A stretch of 64,000 nt of DNA. Source: Squalus acanthias. Lineage: Eukaryota. The notes under the pieces were generated by a model. It worked only from the letters and a program-made list of their open reading frames with translations, had not been told where the DNA came from and searched no databases. Positions 27,801-42,800 of this stretch are shown here, one piece after another. Numbering within the stretch: the first letter of the stretch is position 1; every line of letters starts with the position of its first letter. The stretch lies in NCBI GenBank assembly GCA_030390025.1, contig CM059438.1, positions 67,396,001 to 67,460,000 of the forward strand, read 5' to 3'. The position numbers and the translations under genes are program-made.

Positions 27801-30800
27801 TCTCTCACAGGTGATAGCCCCTCTCTCTCCGGTTCTCGACTCTCTCTCACAGCTGCTAGACTCTCACAGGTGCTAGACTCTCTCTCACAGGTGCTAGACT
27901 GTCTCTCTCAGGTTCTAGACTCTCTCTCTCAGGTGATTGACTCTCACTCACAGGTGCTAGGCCCTCTCTCACAGGTGCTAGACTCTCTCTCACAGGTGCT
28001 AGACTCTCTCTCACAGGTGCTAGACTCTCTCTCACAGGTGCTAGACTCTCTCTCACAGGTGCTAGGCTCTCTCACAGGTGCTAGGCCCTCTCTCGCAGGT
28101 GCTAGGCCCTCTCTCACAGGTGCTAGACTCTCACAGGTGCTACGCTCTCTCACAGGTGCTAGGCCCTCTCTCAAATGTGCTAGACTCTCTCTCACAGGTG
28201 CTAGACTTTCTCTCAAATGTGCTAGACTCTCTCTCACAGGTGCTAGACTCTCTCTCACAGGTGCTAGACTCTCTCACAGGTGCTAGACTCTCTCTCACAG
28301 GTGCTCGGCCCTCTCTCAAATGTGCTAGACTCTCTCTCACAGGTGCTAGACTTTCTCTCACAGGTGCTAGACTCTCTCTCACAGGTGCTAGACTCTCTCA
28401 CAGGTGCTTGACTCTCTCTCACAGGTGCTAGACTCTCTCTCACAGGTGCTAGACTCTCTCTCACAGGTGCTAGACTCTCTCTCACAGGTGCTAGACTCTC
28501 TCTCACAGGAGCTAGGCCCTCTCTCACAGGTGCTAGACTCTCTATCACAGGTGCTAGACCCTCTCTCAGGTGCTAGACCCTCTCTCTCTCAGGTGCTAGG
28601 CCCTCTCACAGGTGCTAGGCCCTCTCTCTCAGGTGCTAGACTCTCACAGGTGCTAGACTCTCTCTTAGGTGATAGCCCCTCTCTCTCCGGTTCTAGACAC
28701 TCTCCCTCAGGTGCTAGACTCTCTCTCAGGTGCTAGACTCTCACAGGTGCTAGACTCTCTCTCTCAGGTACTAGGCCCTCTCTCACAGGTGCTAGACTCT
28801 CTCTCACAGGTGCTAGGCTCTCTCTCACAGGTGCTAGACTCTCACAGGTGCTAGACTCTCTCTCACAGGTGCTGAACTCTCTCTCACAGGTGCTAGTCTC
28901 TCACTCAGGTGCTAGACCCTCTCTCAGGTGCTAGACCCTCTCTGAGGTGCTAGACTCTCTCTCACAGGTGCTAGACTCTCTCTCACAGGTGCTAGACTCT
29001 CTCTTTCAGGTTCTAGACTCTCTCTCACAGTTGCTAGACTCTCTCTCACAGGTGCTTGGCCCTCTGTCACAGGTGCTAGGCTCTCTCACAGGTGCTAGAC
29101 TCTCCCTCACAGGGACTAGGCCCTCTCTCACAGGGACTAGGCCCTCTCTCACAGGTGCTAGACTCTCTCTCACAGGTGCTAGACTCTCTCTCACAGGTGC
29201 TAGGCTCTCTCAATGGTGCTTGGCCCTCTCTCACAGTTGCTAGTCTCTCGCTCAGGTGCTAGGCTCTCTCACAGGTGCTTGGCCATCTCTCACAGTTGCT
29301 AGGCTCTCTCTCACAGGTGCTAGACTCTCTCTTAGGTGATAGCCCCTCTCTCTCCGGTTCTAGACACTCTCCCTCAGGTGCTAGACTCTCTCTCAGGTGC
29401 TAGACTCTCACAGGTGCTAGACTCTCTCTCTCAGGTACTAGGCCCTCTCTCACAGGTGCTAGACTCTCTCTCACAGGTGCTAGGCTCTCTCTCACAGGTG
29501 CTAGACTCTCTCTCACAGGTGCTAGGCTCTCTCTCACAGGTGCTAGACTCTCTCTCACAGGTGCTAGACTCTCTCTCACAGGTGCTAGGCCCTCTCTCTC
29601 AGGTGCTAGACTCTCTCTCACAGGTGTTAGGCTTTCTCACATGTGCTAGGGCCTCTCTCTCAGGTGCTAGGCTCTCTTTCAGGTGCTAGGCCCTCTCTCA
29701 CAGGTGCTCGGCCCTCTCTCACAGGTGCTCGGCCCTCTTTCACAGGTGCTAGACTCTCACAGGTGCTAGAATCTCTCTCACAGGGACTAGGCCCTCTCTC
29801 AAAGGTGCTAGGCCCTCTCTCTCAGGTGCTAGACTCTCTCTCACTGGTGCTAGACTCTCTCTCACAGGTGCTAGACTCTCTCTCACAGGTGCTAGGCCCT
29901 CTCTCTCAGGTGCTAGACTCTCTCTCACAGGTGTTAGGCTTTCTCACATGTGCTAGGGCCTCTCTCTCAGGTGCTAGGCTCTCTTTCAGGTGCTAGGCCC
30001 TCTCTCACAGGTGCTCGGCCCTCTCTCACAGGTGCTAGGCCCTCTCACAGGTGCTAGGCCCTCTCTCACAGGGGCTAGGTCCTCTCTTCAAAGGTGCTCG
30101 GCCCTCTCTCACAGATGCTAGGCTCTCTCACAGGTGCTAGACTCTCTCTCACAGGTGCTAGACTCTCTCTCACAGGTGCTAGACTCTCTCTCACAGGTGC
30201 TAGACTCTCTCTCACAGGTTCTAGACTCTCTCTCACAGGTGCTAGGCTTTCTCACATGTGTTAGGCCCTCTATCACAGGTGCTAGGCTCTCTCACAGGTG
30301 CTAGGCCCTCTCTCACAGGTGCTAGGCTCTCTCACAGGTGCTAGACTCTCTCTCACAGGTGCTAGACTCTCTCTCACAGGTGCTAGACTCTCTCTCACAG
30401 GTGCTAGACTCTCTCTCACAGGTGCTGGGCTCTCATTCAGGTGCTAGGCCCTCTCTCACAGGTGCTAGGCCCTCTCACAGGTGCTAGGCCCTCTCTCACA
30501 GGTGCTAGACTCTCTCTCAGGTGCTAGGCCCTCTCTCACAGGTGCTAGGCTCTCTCACAGGTGCTAGACTCTCTCTCACAGGTGCTAGGCTCTCTCTCAC
30601 AGGTGCTAGACTCTCTCTCACAGGTGCTAGACTCTCTCTCACAGGTGTTTGGCCATCTCTCAGGTGCTACGCCCTCTTTCACAGGTGCTAGGCCCTCTCT
30701 CAGGTGCTAGGCCCTCTATCACAGGTGCTAGGCCCTCTCTCACAGGGGCTAGGTCCTCTCGCACAGGTGCTAGACCCTCTCTCTCTCAGGTGCTAGACTC

Positions 30801-33800
30801 TCTCTCAGGTGCTAGACTCTCTCTCAGGTGCTAGACTCTCTCTCAGGTGCTAGACTCTCTCTCAGGAGCTAGACTCTCTCTCAGGTGCTAGATCCTCTCT
30901 CTCAGGTGATAGGCCCTCTCTCACATGTGCTAGACTCTCTCTCACAGGTGTTTGGCCATCTCTCAGGTGCTAGGCCCTCTATCACAGGTGCTAGGCCCTC
31001 TCTCAGGTGCTAGGCCCTCTCTCACAGGTGCTAGACTCTCTCTCACAGGTGCTAGGCCCTCTCACAGGTGCTAGGCCCTCTCTCACAGGTGCTAGACTCT
31101 CTCTCAGGTGCTAGGCCCTCTCTCACAGGTGCTAGGCTCTCTCACAGGTGCTAGACTCTCTCTCACAGGTGCTAGGCTCTCTCTCACAGGTGCTAGACTC
31201 TCTCTCACAGGTGCTAGACTCTCTCTCACAGGTGTTTGGCCATCTCTCAGGTGCTACGCCCTCTTTCACAGGTGCTAGGCCCTCTCTCAGGTGCTAGGCC
31301 CTCTATCACAGGTGCTAGGCCCTCTCTCACAGGGGCTAGGTCCTCTCGCACAGGTGCTAGACCCTCTCTCTCTCAGGTGCTAGACTCTCTCTCAGGTGCT
31401 AGACTCTCTCTCAGGTGCTAGACTCTCTCTCAGGTGCTAGACTCTCTCTCAGGAGCTAGACTCTCTCTCAGGTGCTAGATCCTCTCTCTCAGGTGATAGG
31501 CCCTCTCTCACATGTGCTAGACTCTCTCTCACAGGTGTTTGGCCATCTCTCAGGTGCTAGGCCCTCTATCACAGGTGCTAGGCCCTCTCTCAGGTGCTAG
31601 GCCCTCTCTCACAGGTGCTAGACTCTCTCTCACAGGTGCTAGGCTCTCTCACAAGTGCTAGGCTTCTCACAGGTGCTGGGCCCTCTCTCACAGGTGCTAG
31701 GCTCTCTCACAGGTGCTAGGTCCTCTCTGTCAGGTGATAGCCCCTCTCTCTCCGGTTCTCGACTCTCTCTCACAGCTGCTAGACTCTCACAGGTGCTAGA
31801 CTCTCTCTCACAGGTGCTAGACTGTCTCTCTCAGGTTCTAGACTCTCTCTCTCAGGTGATTGACTCTCTCTCACAGGTGCTAGACGCTCTCTCACAGGTG
31901 CTAGGCTCTCTCTCAGGTGCTAGACTCTCTCTCACAGGTGCTAGACTCTCTCACAGGTGCTAGGCTCTCTCACAGGTGCTAGACTCTCTCTCACAGGTGC
32001 TAGGCCCTCTCTCACAGGTGCTAGACTCTCTCTCACACGTGCTAGACTGTCTCTCTCAGGTGCTAGACTCTCTCTCAGGTGCTAGACCCTCTCTCAGGTG
32101 CTGGTCCCTCTCTCACACGTGCTAGACTCTCTCTCTCAGGTGATAGGCTCTCTCTCAGGTGCTAGACTCTCTCTCAGGTGCTAGACCCTTTCTCTCAGGT
32201 GCTAGACCCTCTCACACACGTGCTAGACTCTCTCTCACAGGTGTTTGCCCATCTCTCAGGTGCTACGCCCTCTATCACAGGTGCTACGCCCTCTCTCAGG
32301 TGCTAGGCCCTCTATCACAGGTGCTAGGCCCTCTCTTCACAGGTACTAGGCTCTCTCACAGGAGCTAGGCCCTCTCTCAGGTGCTTGGCCCTCTCTCACA
32401 GGTGCTAGGCCCTCTCTCAGGTGCTTGGCCCTCTCTCACAGGTGCTAGGCCCTCTCTCAAGTGCTAGGCCCCCCCTCACAGGTGCTAGGCCCTCTCTCAG
32501 GTGCTAGGCCCTCTCTCACAGGTGCTCGGCCCTCTCTCACAGGTGCTCGGCCCTCTTTCACAGGTGCTAGACTCTCACAGGTGCTAGAATCTCTCTCACA
32601 GGGGGCTAGGCCCTCTCTCAAAGGTGCTAGGCCCTCTCTCACAGGTGCTAGACTCTCTCTCACAGGTGCTAGACTCTCTCTCACAGGTGCTAGACTCTCT
32701 CTCACAGGTGCTCGGCCCTCTCTCAAATGTGCTAGACTCTCTCTCACAGGTGCTAGACTTTCTCTCACAGGTGCTTGACTCTCTCTCACAGGTGCTAGAC
32801 TCTCTCTCACAGGAGCTAGGCCTTCTCTCACAGGTGCTAGACTCTCTATCACAGGTGCTAGACTCTCTTTCACAGGTGCTAGACTCTCTCTCAGGTGCTA
32901 GACTCTCTCTCACAGGTGCTAGACTCTTTCTCTCAGGTGCTAGGCCCTCTCACAGCTGCTAGGCCCTCTCTCTCAGGTGCTAGACTCTCACAGGTGCTAG
33001 ACTCTCTCTCACAGGTGCTGGACTCTCTCTCACAGGTGCTAGTCTCTCGCTCAGGTGCTAGACCCTCTCTCAGGTGCTAGACCCTCTCTCAGGTGCTAGA
33101 CTCTCTCTCTCAGGTGCTAGACTCTCCCTCAGGTGCTAGGCTCTCTCACAGGTGCTAGACTCTCTCTCACAGGTGCTAGACTCTCTCTCACAGGTGCTAG
33201 ACTCTCTCTCACAGGTGCTAGACTCTCTCTCACAGGTTCTAGACACTCTCTCTCAGGTGCTAGACTCTCTCTCACAGGTGCTAGACTCTCTCTCACAGGT
33301 GCTAGACTCTCTCTCACAGGTTCTAGACACTCTCTCTCAGGTGCTAGACTCTCTCTCACAGGTGCTAGACTTTCTCTCACAGGTGCTAGACTCTCTCTCA
33401 CAGGTGCTAGAATCTCTCTTACAGGTGCTAGGCTTTCTCACATGTGCTAGGGCCTCTCTCTCAGGTGCTAGACTCTCTCTCAGAGGTGCTAGACTCTCTC
33501 TCACAGGTGCTAGACTCTCTCTCACAGGTGCTTGGCCCTCTCTCACATGTGCTAGACTACCTCTCACAGAGGCTAGGCTCTCTCACAGGTGCTAGACTCT
33601 CTCAGGTGCTGGACTTTCTCTCACAGGTGCTAGACTCTCTCTCACAGGTGCTGGACTCTCTCTCACAGGTGCTTGGCCCTCTCTCAGGTGCTAGGCCCTC
33701 TCTCAGGTGCTTGGCCCTCTCTCACAGGTGCTAGGCCCTCTCTCACAGGTGATAGCCCCTCTCTCTCCGGTTCTAGACACTCTCCCTCAGGAGCTAGACT

Positions 33801-36800
33801 CTCACAGGTGCTAGACTCTCTCTCTCAGGTGCTAGACTCTCTCTCTCAGGTGCTAGACTCTCTCTCAGGTGCTAGACTCTCTCTCACAGTTGCTAGACTC
33901 TCTCTCACAGGTGCTAGGCTCTCTCACATGTGCTAGACTCTCTCTCACAGGTGCTAGGCCCTCTCTCGCAGGTGCTAGACTCTCTCTCACAGGTGCTTGG
34001 CCATCTCTCACAGGTTCTAGACTCTCTCTCAAAGGTGCTTGGCCATCTCTCACAGGTTCTAGACTCTCTCTCAAAGGTGCTTGGCCCCCTCTCACAGGTG
34101 CTAGACTCTCTCTCACAGGTGCTAGACTCTCTCTCACAGGTGCTAGACTCTCTCTTTCAGGTTCTAGACTCTCTCTCACAGTTGCTAGACTCTCTCTCAC
34201 AGGTGCTTGGCCCTCTGTCACAGGTGCTAGGCTCTCTCACAGGTGCTAGACTCTCTCTCACAGGGACTAGGCCCTCTCTCACAGGTGCTAGACTCTCTCT
34301 CACAGGTGCTAGACTCTCTCTCACAGTTGCTTGGCCCTCTCTCACAGGTGCTAGACTCTCTATCACAGGTGCTAGATTCTCTCTCACAGGTGCTGGACTC
34401 TCTCTCACAGGTGCTTGGCCCTCTCTCACAGGGACTAGGCCCTCCCTCACAGTTGCTAGACCCTCTCTCACAGGTGCTAGACTCTCTATCACAGGTGCTA
34501 GACCCTCTCTCTCAGGTGCAAGACTCTCTCTCAGGTGCTAGACTCTCTCTCACAGGTGATAGACCCTCTCTCACACGTGCTAGACTCTCTCACAGGTGCT
34601 AGGCTCTCTCACAGGTGCTAGACTCTCTCTCACAGGTGCTAGACTCTCTCTCTCAGGTGCAAGACTCTCTCTCAGGTGCTAGACTCTCTCTCACAGGTGA
34701 TAGACTCTCTCTCACACGTGCTAGACTCTCTCACAGGTGCTAGGCCCTCTTCACAGGGACTAGGCCCTCTCTCACAGGTGCTAGGCCCTCTCTCACAGGT
34801 GCTGGGCCCTCTCTCAGGTGCTTGGCCCTCTCTCACAGGTGATAGCCCCTCTCTCTCCGGTTCTAGACTCTCTCTCTCAGGTTCTAGACTCTCTCTCACA
34901 GGTGCTAGACTCTCACAGGTGCTAGGCTCTCTCACAGGTGCTAGACTCTCTCTCACAGGTGCTAGACTCTCTCTCTCAGGTGCTAGACTCTCTCTCACAG
35001 GTGCTAGACTCTCTCTCACAGGTGCTAGATGCTCTCTCACTGGTGGTAGGCCCTCTCTCACTGGTGCTAGACTCTCTCCCACAGGGACTAGGCCTACTCT
35101 CACAGGTGCTAGGCTCTCTCACAGGTGCTAGACTCTCTCTCACAGGGACTAGGCCCCCTCACACAGGTGCTAGGCTCTCTCACAGGTGCTAGGCCCTCTC
35201 TCACTGGTGCTGGTCTCTCTCTCTCAGGTGCTAGACTCTCTCTCAGGTGCTAGACTCTCTCTCACAGGTGCTAGGCCCTCTCTCACAGGTGCTAGAGTCT
35301 CTCACAGGTGCTAGGACCTCTCTCACAGGTGCTAGGCTCTCTCTCAGGTGCTAGACTCTCTCTCTCAGGTGCTAGACTCTCTCTCACAGGTGCTAGACTC
35401 TCTCTCACAGGTGCTTGGCCCTCTCTCACTGGTGCTGGTCTCTCTCTCTCAGGTGCTAGACTCTCTCTCAGGTGCTAGACTCTCTCTCACAGGTGCTAGG
35501 CCCTCTCTCACAGGTGCTAGACTCTCTCTCACAGGTGATAGACCCTCTCTCACAGGTGCTGGTCTCTCTCTCTCAGGTGCTAGACTCTCTCTCTCAGGTG
35601 CTAGACTCTCTCTCTTAGGTGCTAGACTCTCTCTCTCAGGTTCTAGACTCTCTCTCACAGGTGCTAGACTCTCTCTCACAGGTGCTAGACTCTCTCTCCA
35701 GGTGCTAGACTCTCTCTCCAGGTGCTAGACCCTCTCTCTCAGGTGCAAGACTCTCTCTCAGGTGCTAGACTCTCTCTCACTGGTGATAGACCCTCTCTCA
35801 CACGTGCTAGACTCTCTCACAGGTGCTAGGCTCTCTCACAGGTGCTAGACTCTCTCTCACAGGTGCTAGACTCTCTCTCTCAGGTGCAAGACTCTCTCTC
35901 AGGTGCTAGACTCTCTCTCACAGGTGATAGACTCTCTCTCACACGTGCTAGACTCTCTCACAGGTGCTAGGCCCTCCTCACAGGGACTAGGCCCTCTCTC
36001 ACAGGTGCTAGGCCCTCTCTCACAGGTGCTGGGCCCTCTCTCAGGTGCTTGGCCCTCTCTCACAGGTGATAGCCCCTCTCTCTCCGGTTCTAGACTCTCT
36101 CTCTCAGGTTCTAGACTCTCTCTCACAGGTGCTAGACTCTCACAGGTGCTAGGCTCTCTCACAGGTGCTAGACTCTCTCTCACAGGTGCTAGACTCTCTC
36201 TCTCAGGTGCTAGACTCTCTCTCACAGGTGCTAGACTCTCTCTCACAGGTGCTAGATGCTCTCTCACTGGTGGTAGGCCCTCTCTCACTGGTGCTAGACT
36301 CTCTCCCACAGGGACTAGGCCTACTCTCACAGGTGCTAGGCTCTCTCACAGGTGCTAGACTCTCTCTCACAGGGACTAGGCCCCCTCACACAGGTGCTAG
36401 GCTCTCTCACAGGTGCTAGGCCCTCTCTCACTGGTGCTGGTCTCTCTCTCTCAGGTGCTAGACTCTCTCTCAGGTGCTAGACTCTCTCTCACAGGTGCTA
36501 GGCCCTCTCTCACAGGTGCTAGAGTCTCTCACAGGTGCTAGGACCTCTCTCACAGGTGCTAGGCTCTCTCTCAGGTGCTAGACTCTCTCTCTCAGGTGCT
36601 AGACTCTCTCTCACAGGTGCTAGACTCTCTCTCACAGGTGCTTGGCCCTCTCTCACAGGTGCTAGGCTCTCTCACAGGTGCTAGGACCTCTCTCACAGGT
36701 GCTAGGCTCTCTCACAGGTGCTAGGCCCTCTCTCACTGGTGCTGGTCTCTCTCTCTCAGGTGCTAGACTCTCTCTCAGGTGCTAGACTCTCTCTCACAGG

Positions 36801-39800
36801 TGCTAGGCCCTCTCTCACAGGTGCTAGACTCTCTCTCACAGGTGATAGACCCTCTCTCACAGGTGCTGGTCTCTCTCTCTCAGGTGCTAGACTCTCTCTC
36901 TCAGGTGCTAGACTCTCTCTCTCAGGTGCTAGACTCTCTCTCTCAGGTTCTAGACTCTCTCTCACAGGTGCTAGACTCTCTCTCACAGGTGCTAGACTCT
37001 CTCTCCAGGTGCTAGACTCTCTCTCCAGGTGCTAGACCCTCTCTCACAGGTGCTAGGCTCTCTCACAGGTGCTAGACTCTCTCTCACAGGGACTAGGCTC
37101 TCTCACAGGTGCTAGGCTCTCTCACAGGTGCTAGGCCCTCTCTCACAGGTGCTAGACTCTCTCTCGCAGGTGCTAGGCCCTCTCTCACAGGTGCTAGACT
37201 CTCTCTCACAGGTGCTAGACTCTCTCTCACAGGTGCTAGACTCTCTCTCACAGGTGCTAGACTCTCTCTCACAGGTGCTAGGCCCTGTCTCACAGGTGCC
37301 TGGCCCTGTCTCACAGGTGCTAGGCACTCTCACAGGTGCTAGGCTCTCTCTCACAGGTGCTAGTTTCTCGCTCAGGTGCTACACCCTCTCTCACAGATGC
37401 TAGACTCTCTCTCACAGGTGCTAGGCTCTCTCTCAGGTGCTAGTCCCTCTCTCACAGGTGCTAGACTCTCTCTCACAGTTGCTAGACTCTCTCTCACAGG
37501 TGCTAGACTCTCTCTCACAGGTGCTAGGCCCTCTCTCACAGGTGCTAGACTCTCTCTCACAGGTGCTAGACTCTCTCTCACAGGTGCTAGACTCTCTCTC
37601 ACAGGTGCTAGACCCTCTCTCACAGGTGCTAGACTCTCTCTCACAGGTGCTTGGCCCTCTCTCACAGGTGCTAGGCTCTCTCACAGGTGCTTGACCCTCT
37701 CTCACAGGTGCTAGACTCTCTCTCAGGTGCTAGACTCTCTCTCAGGTGCTAGACTCTCTCTCTCAGGTGCTAGACTCTCTCACACGTACTAGACTCTCTC
37801 TCACAGGTGTTTGGCCATCTCTCAGGTGCTAGGCCCTCTATCACAGGTACTAGGCCCTCTATCACAGGTGCTAGGCCCTCTCTCACACTTGCTGGGCCCT
37901 CTCTTACAGGTGCTAGACTCTCTCTCAGGTGCGAGACTCTCTCTCACAGTTGCTAGACTCTCACAGGTGCTAGGCTCTCTCACAGGGACTAGGCCCTCTC
38001 TCACAGGTGCTAGACTCTCTCTCACAGGGACTAGGCCCTCTCTCACAGGTGCTAGGCTCTCTCACAGGTGCTAGACCCTCTCTCACATGTTCTAGACTCT
38101 CTCTCACATTGACTAGGCCCTCTCTCACAGGTGCTAGACTCTCTCTCACAGGTGCTTGGCCCTCTCTCACAGGTGCTAGGCTCTCTCACAGGTGCTAGGC
38201 ACTCTCACAGGTGCTAGACTCTCTCTCACAGGTGCTAGACTCTCTCTCACAGGTGCTAGACTCTCTCTCACAGGTGCTTGGCCCTCTCTCACAGGTGCTA
38301 GGCTCTCTCACAGGTGCTAGGACCTCTCTCACAGGTGCTAGGCTCTCTCTCAGGTGCTAGACTCTCTCTCTCAGGTGCTAGACTCTCTCTCACAGGTGCT
38401 AGACTCTCTCTCACAGGTGCTTGGCCCTCTCTCACAGGTGCTAGGCTCTCTCACAGGTGCTAGGACCTCTCTCACAGGTGCTAGGCTCTCTCACAGGTGC
38501 TAGGCCCTCTCTCACTGGTGCTGGTCTCTCTCTCTCAGGTGCTAGACTCTCTCTCAGGTGCTAGACTCTCTCTCACAGGTGCTAGGCCCTCTCTCACAGG
38601 TGCTAGACTCTCTCTCACAGGTGATAGACCCTCTCTCACAGGTGCTGGTCTCTCTCTCTCAGGTGCTAGACTCTCTCTCAGGTGCTAGACTCTCTCTCTC
38701 AGGTGCTAGACTCTCTCTCTCAGGTTCTAGACTCTCTCTCACAGGTGCTAGACTCTCTCACAGGTGCTAGACTCTCTCTCCAGGTGCTAGACTCTCTCTC
38801 CAGGTGCTAGACCCTCTCTCACAGGTGCTAGGCTCTCTCACAGGTGCTAGACTCTCTCTCACAGGGACTAGGCTCTCTCACAGGTGCTAGGCTCTCTCAC
38901 AGGTGCTAGGCCCTCTCTCACAGGTGCTAGACTCTCTCTCACAGGGACTAGGCTCTCTCACAGGTGCTAGGCTCTCTCACAGGTGCTAGGCCCTCTCTCA
39001 CAGGTGCTAGACTCTCTCTCGCAGGTGCTAGGCCCTCTCTCACAGGTGCTAGACTCTCTCTCACAGGTGCTAGACTCTCTCTCACAGGTGCTAGACTCTC
39101 TCTCACAGGTGCTAGACTCTCTCTCACAGGTGCTAGGCCCTCTCTCACAGGTGCCTGGCCCTGTCTCACAGGTGCTAGGCACTCTCACAGGTGCTAGGCT
39201 CTCTCTCACAGGTGCTAGTTTCTCGCTCAGGTGCTACACCCTCTCTCACAGATGCTAGACTCTCTCTCACAGGTGCTAGGCTCTCTCTCAGGTGCTAGTC
39301 CCTCTCTCACAGGTGCTAGACTCTCTCTCACATTTGCTAGACTCTCTCTCACAGGTGCTAGACTCTCTCTCACAGGTGCTAGGCCCTCTCTCACAGGTGC
39401 TAGACTCTCTCTCACAGGTGCTAGACTCTCTCTCACAGGTGCTAGACTCTCTCTCACAGGTGCTAGACTCTCTCTCACAGGTGCTAGACTCTCTCTCACA
39501 GGTGCTTGGCCCTCTCTCACAGGTGCTAGGCTCTCTCACAGGTGCTTGACCCTCTCTCACAGGTGCTAGACTCTCTCTCAGGTGCTAGTCTCTCTCTCAG
39601 GTGCTAGACTCTCTCTCTCAGGCGCTAGACTCTCTCACACGTACTAGACTCTCTCTCACAGGTGTTTGGCCATCTCTCAGGTGCTAGGCCCTCTATCACA
39701 GGTACTAGGCCCTCTATCACAGGTGCTAGGCCCTCTCTCACACTTGCTGGGCCCTCTCTTACAGGTGCTAGACTCTCTCTCAGGTGCGAGACTCTCTCTC

Positions 39801-42800
39801 ACAGTTGCTAGACTCTCACAGGTGCTAGGCTCTCTCACAGGGACTAGGCCCTCTCTCACAGGTGCTAGACCCTCTCTCACAGGGACTAGGCCCTCTCTCA
39901 CAGGTGCTAGGCTCTCTCACAGGTGCTAGACCCTCTCTCACATGTTCTAGACTCTCTCTCACATTGACTAGGCCCTCTCTCACAGGTGCTAGACTCTCTC
40001 TCACAGGTGCTTGGCCCTCTCTCACAGGTGCTAGGCTCTCTCACAGGTGCTAGGCACTCTCACAGGTGCTAGGCCCTCTCTCACTGGTGCTGGTCTCTCT
40101 CTCTCAGGTGCTAGACTCTCTCTCAGGTGCTAGACTCTCTCTCACAGGTGCTAGGCCCTCTCTCACAGGTGCTAGACTCTCTCTCACAGGTGATAGACCC
40201 TCTCTCACAGGTGCTGGTCTCTCTCTCTCAGGTGCTAGACTCTCTCTCAGGTGCTAGACTCTCTCTCTCAGGTGCTAGACTCTCTCTCTCAGGTTCTAGA
40301 CTCTCTCTCACAGGTGCTAGACTCTCTCACAGGTGCTAGACTCTCTCTCCAGGTGCTAGACTCTCTCTCCAGGTGCTAGACCCTCTCTCACAGGTGCTAG
40401 GCTCTCTCACAGGTGCTAGACTCTCTCTCACAGGGACTAGGCTCTCTCACAGGTGCTAGGCTCTCTCACAGGTGCTAGGCCCTCTCTCACAGGTGCTAGA
40501 CTCTCTCTCACAGGGACTAGGCTCTCTCACAGGTGCTAGGCTCTCTCACAGGTGCTAGGCCCTCTCTCACAGGTGCTAGACTCTCTCTCACAGGTGCTAG
40601 GCCCTCTCTCACAGGTGCTAGACTCTCTCTCACAGGTGCTAGACTCTCTCTCACAGGTGCTAGACTCTCTCTCACAGGTGCTAGACTCTCTCTCACAGGT
40701 GCTAGGCCCTCTCTCACAGGTGCCTGGCCCTGTCTCACAGGTGCTAGGCACTCTCACAGGTGCTAGGCTCTCTCTCATAGGTGCTAGTTTCTCGCTCAGG
40801 TGCTACACCCTCTCTCACAGATGCTAGACTCTCTCTCACAGGTGCTAGGCTCTCTCTCAGGTGCTAGTCCCTCTCTCACAGGTGCTAGACTCTCTCTCAC
40901 ATTTGCTAGACTCTCTCTCACAGGTGCTAGACTCTCTCTCACAGGTGCTAGGCCCTCTCTCACAGGTGCTAGACTCTCTCTCACAGGTGCTAGACTCTCT
41001 CTCACAGGTGCTAGACTCTCTCTCACAGGTGCTAGACTCTCTCTCACAGGTGCTAGACTCTCTCTCACAGGTGCTTGGCCCTCTCTCACAGGTGCTAGGC
41101 TCTCTCACAGGTGCTTGACCCTCTCTCACAGGTGCTAGACTCTCTCTCAGGTGCTAGTCTCTCTCTCAGGTGCTAGACTCTCTCTCTCAGGCGCTAGACT
41201 CTCTCACACGTACTAGACTCTCTCTCACAGGTGTTTGGCCATCTCTCAGGTGCTAGGCCCTCTATCACAGGTACTAGGCCCTCTATCACAGGTGCTAGGC
41301 CCTCTCTCACACTTGCTGGGCCCTCTCTTACAGGTGCTAGACTCTCTCTCAGGTGCGAGACTCTCTCTCACAGTTGCTAGACTCTCACAGGTGCTAGGCT
41401 CTCTCACAGGGACTAGGCCCTCTCTCACAGGTGCTAGACCCTCTCTCACAGGGACTAGGCCCTCTCTCACAGGTGCTAGGCTCTCTCACAGGTGCTAGAC
41501 CCTCTCTCACATGTTCTAGACTCTCTCTCACATTGACTAGGCCCTCTCTCACAGGTGCTAGACTCTCTCTCACAGGTGCTTGGCCCTCTCTCACAGGTGC
41601 TAGGCTCTCTCACAGGTGCTAGGCACTCTCACAGGTGCTAGACTCTCTCTCACAGGTGCTAGACTCTCTTTCACAGGTGCTAGCCTCTCTCTCACAGGTG
41701 CTAGGCTCTCTCACAGGTGCTAGACCCTCTCTCACAGATGCTAGACTCTCTCTCACAGGTGCTAGACTCTCTCTCACAGGTGCTAGACTCTCTCTCACAG
41801 GTGCTAGACTCTCTCTCACAGGTGCTTGGCCCTCTCTCACAGGTGCTAGGCTCTCTCACAGGTGCTGGGCCCTCTCTCACAGGTGCTAGACCCTCTCTCA
41901 CAGGTGCTAGACCCTCTCTCAGGTGCTAGACTCTCTCTCAGGTGCTCGACCCTCTCTCTCAGGTGATAGGCCCTCTCTCACACGTGCTAGACTCTCTCTC
42001 ACAGGTGTTTGGCCATCTCTCAGGTGCTTGGCCCTCTCTCACATGTGCTAGGCCCTCTCTCAGGTGCTAGACTCTCTCTCTCTCTGGTTCTAGCCTCACT
42101 CTCTCAGGTGCTAGACTCTCTCACAGGTGCTAGGCTCTCTCTCAGGTGCTAGACTCTCTCTCTCAGGTGCTAGACTCTCTCTCACAGGTGCTAGACTCTC
42201 TCTCACAGGTGCTTGGCCCTCTCTCACAGGTGCTAGGCTCTCTCACAGGTGCTAGGACCTCTCTCACAGGTGCTAGGCTCTCTCACAGGGGCTAGACTCT
42301 CTCTCACAGGGACTAGGCCCTCTCTCACAGGTGCTAGGCTCTCTCACAGGTGCTAGACTCTCTCTCACAGGGACTAGGCCCTCTCTCACAGGTGCTAGGC
42401 TCTCTCACAGTTGCTAGACTCTCTCTCACAGGTGCTTGGCCCTCTCTCACAGGTGCAAGGCTCTCTCTCACAGGTGCAAGGCTCTCTCTCACAGGTGCTA
42501 GGCTCTCTCACAGGTGCTAGGCTCTCTCACAGGTGCTGGGCCCTCTCTCAGGTGCTTGGCCCTCTCTCACAGGTTCTAGGCTCTCTCACAGGTGCTAGGC
42601 CCTCTCACAGGTGCTCGGCTCTCTCTCACAGGTGATAGCCCCTCTCTCTCCGGTTCTAGATTCTTGCTCAGGTTCAAGACTCACTCTCACAGGTGCTAGA
42701 CTCTCACAGGTGCTAGACTCTCTCTCACAGGTGCTAGACTCTCTCTCTCAGGTTCTAGACTCTCTCTCTCTGGTTCTAGCCTCACTCTCACAGGTGCTAG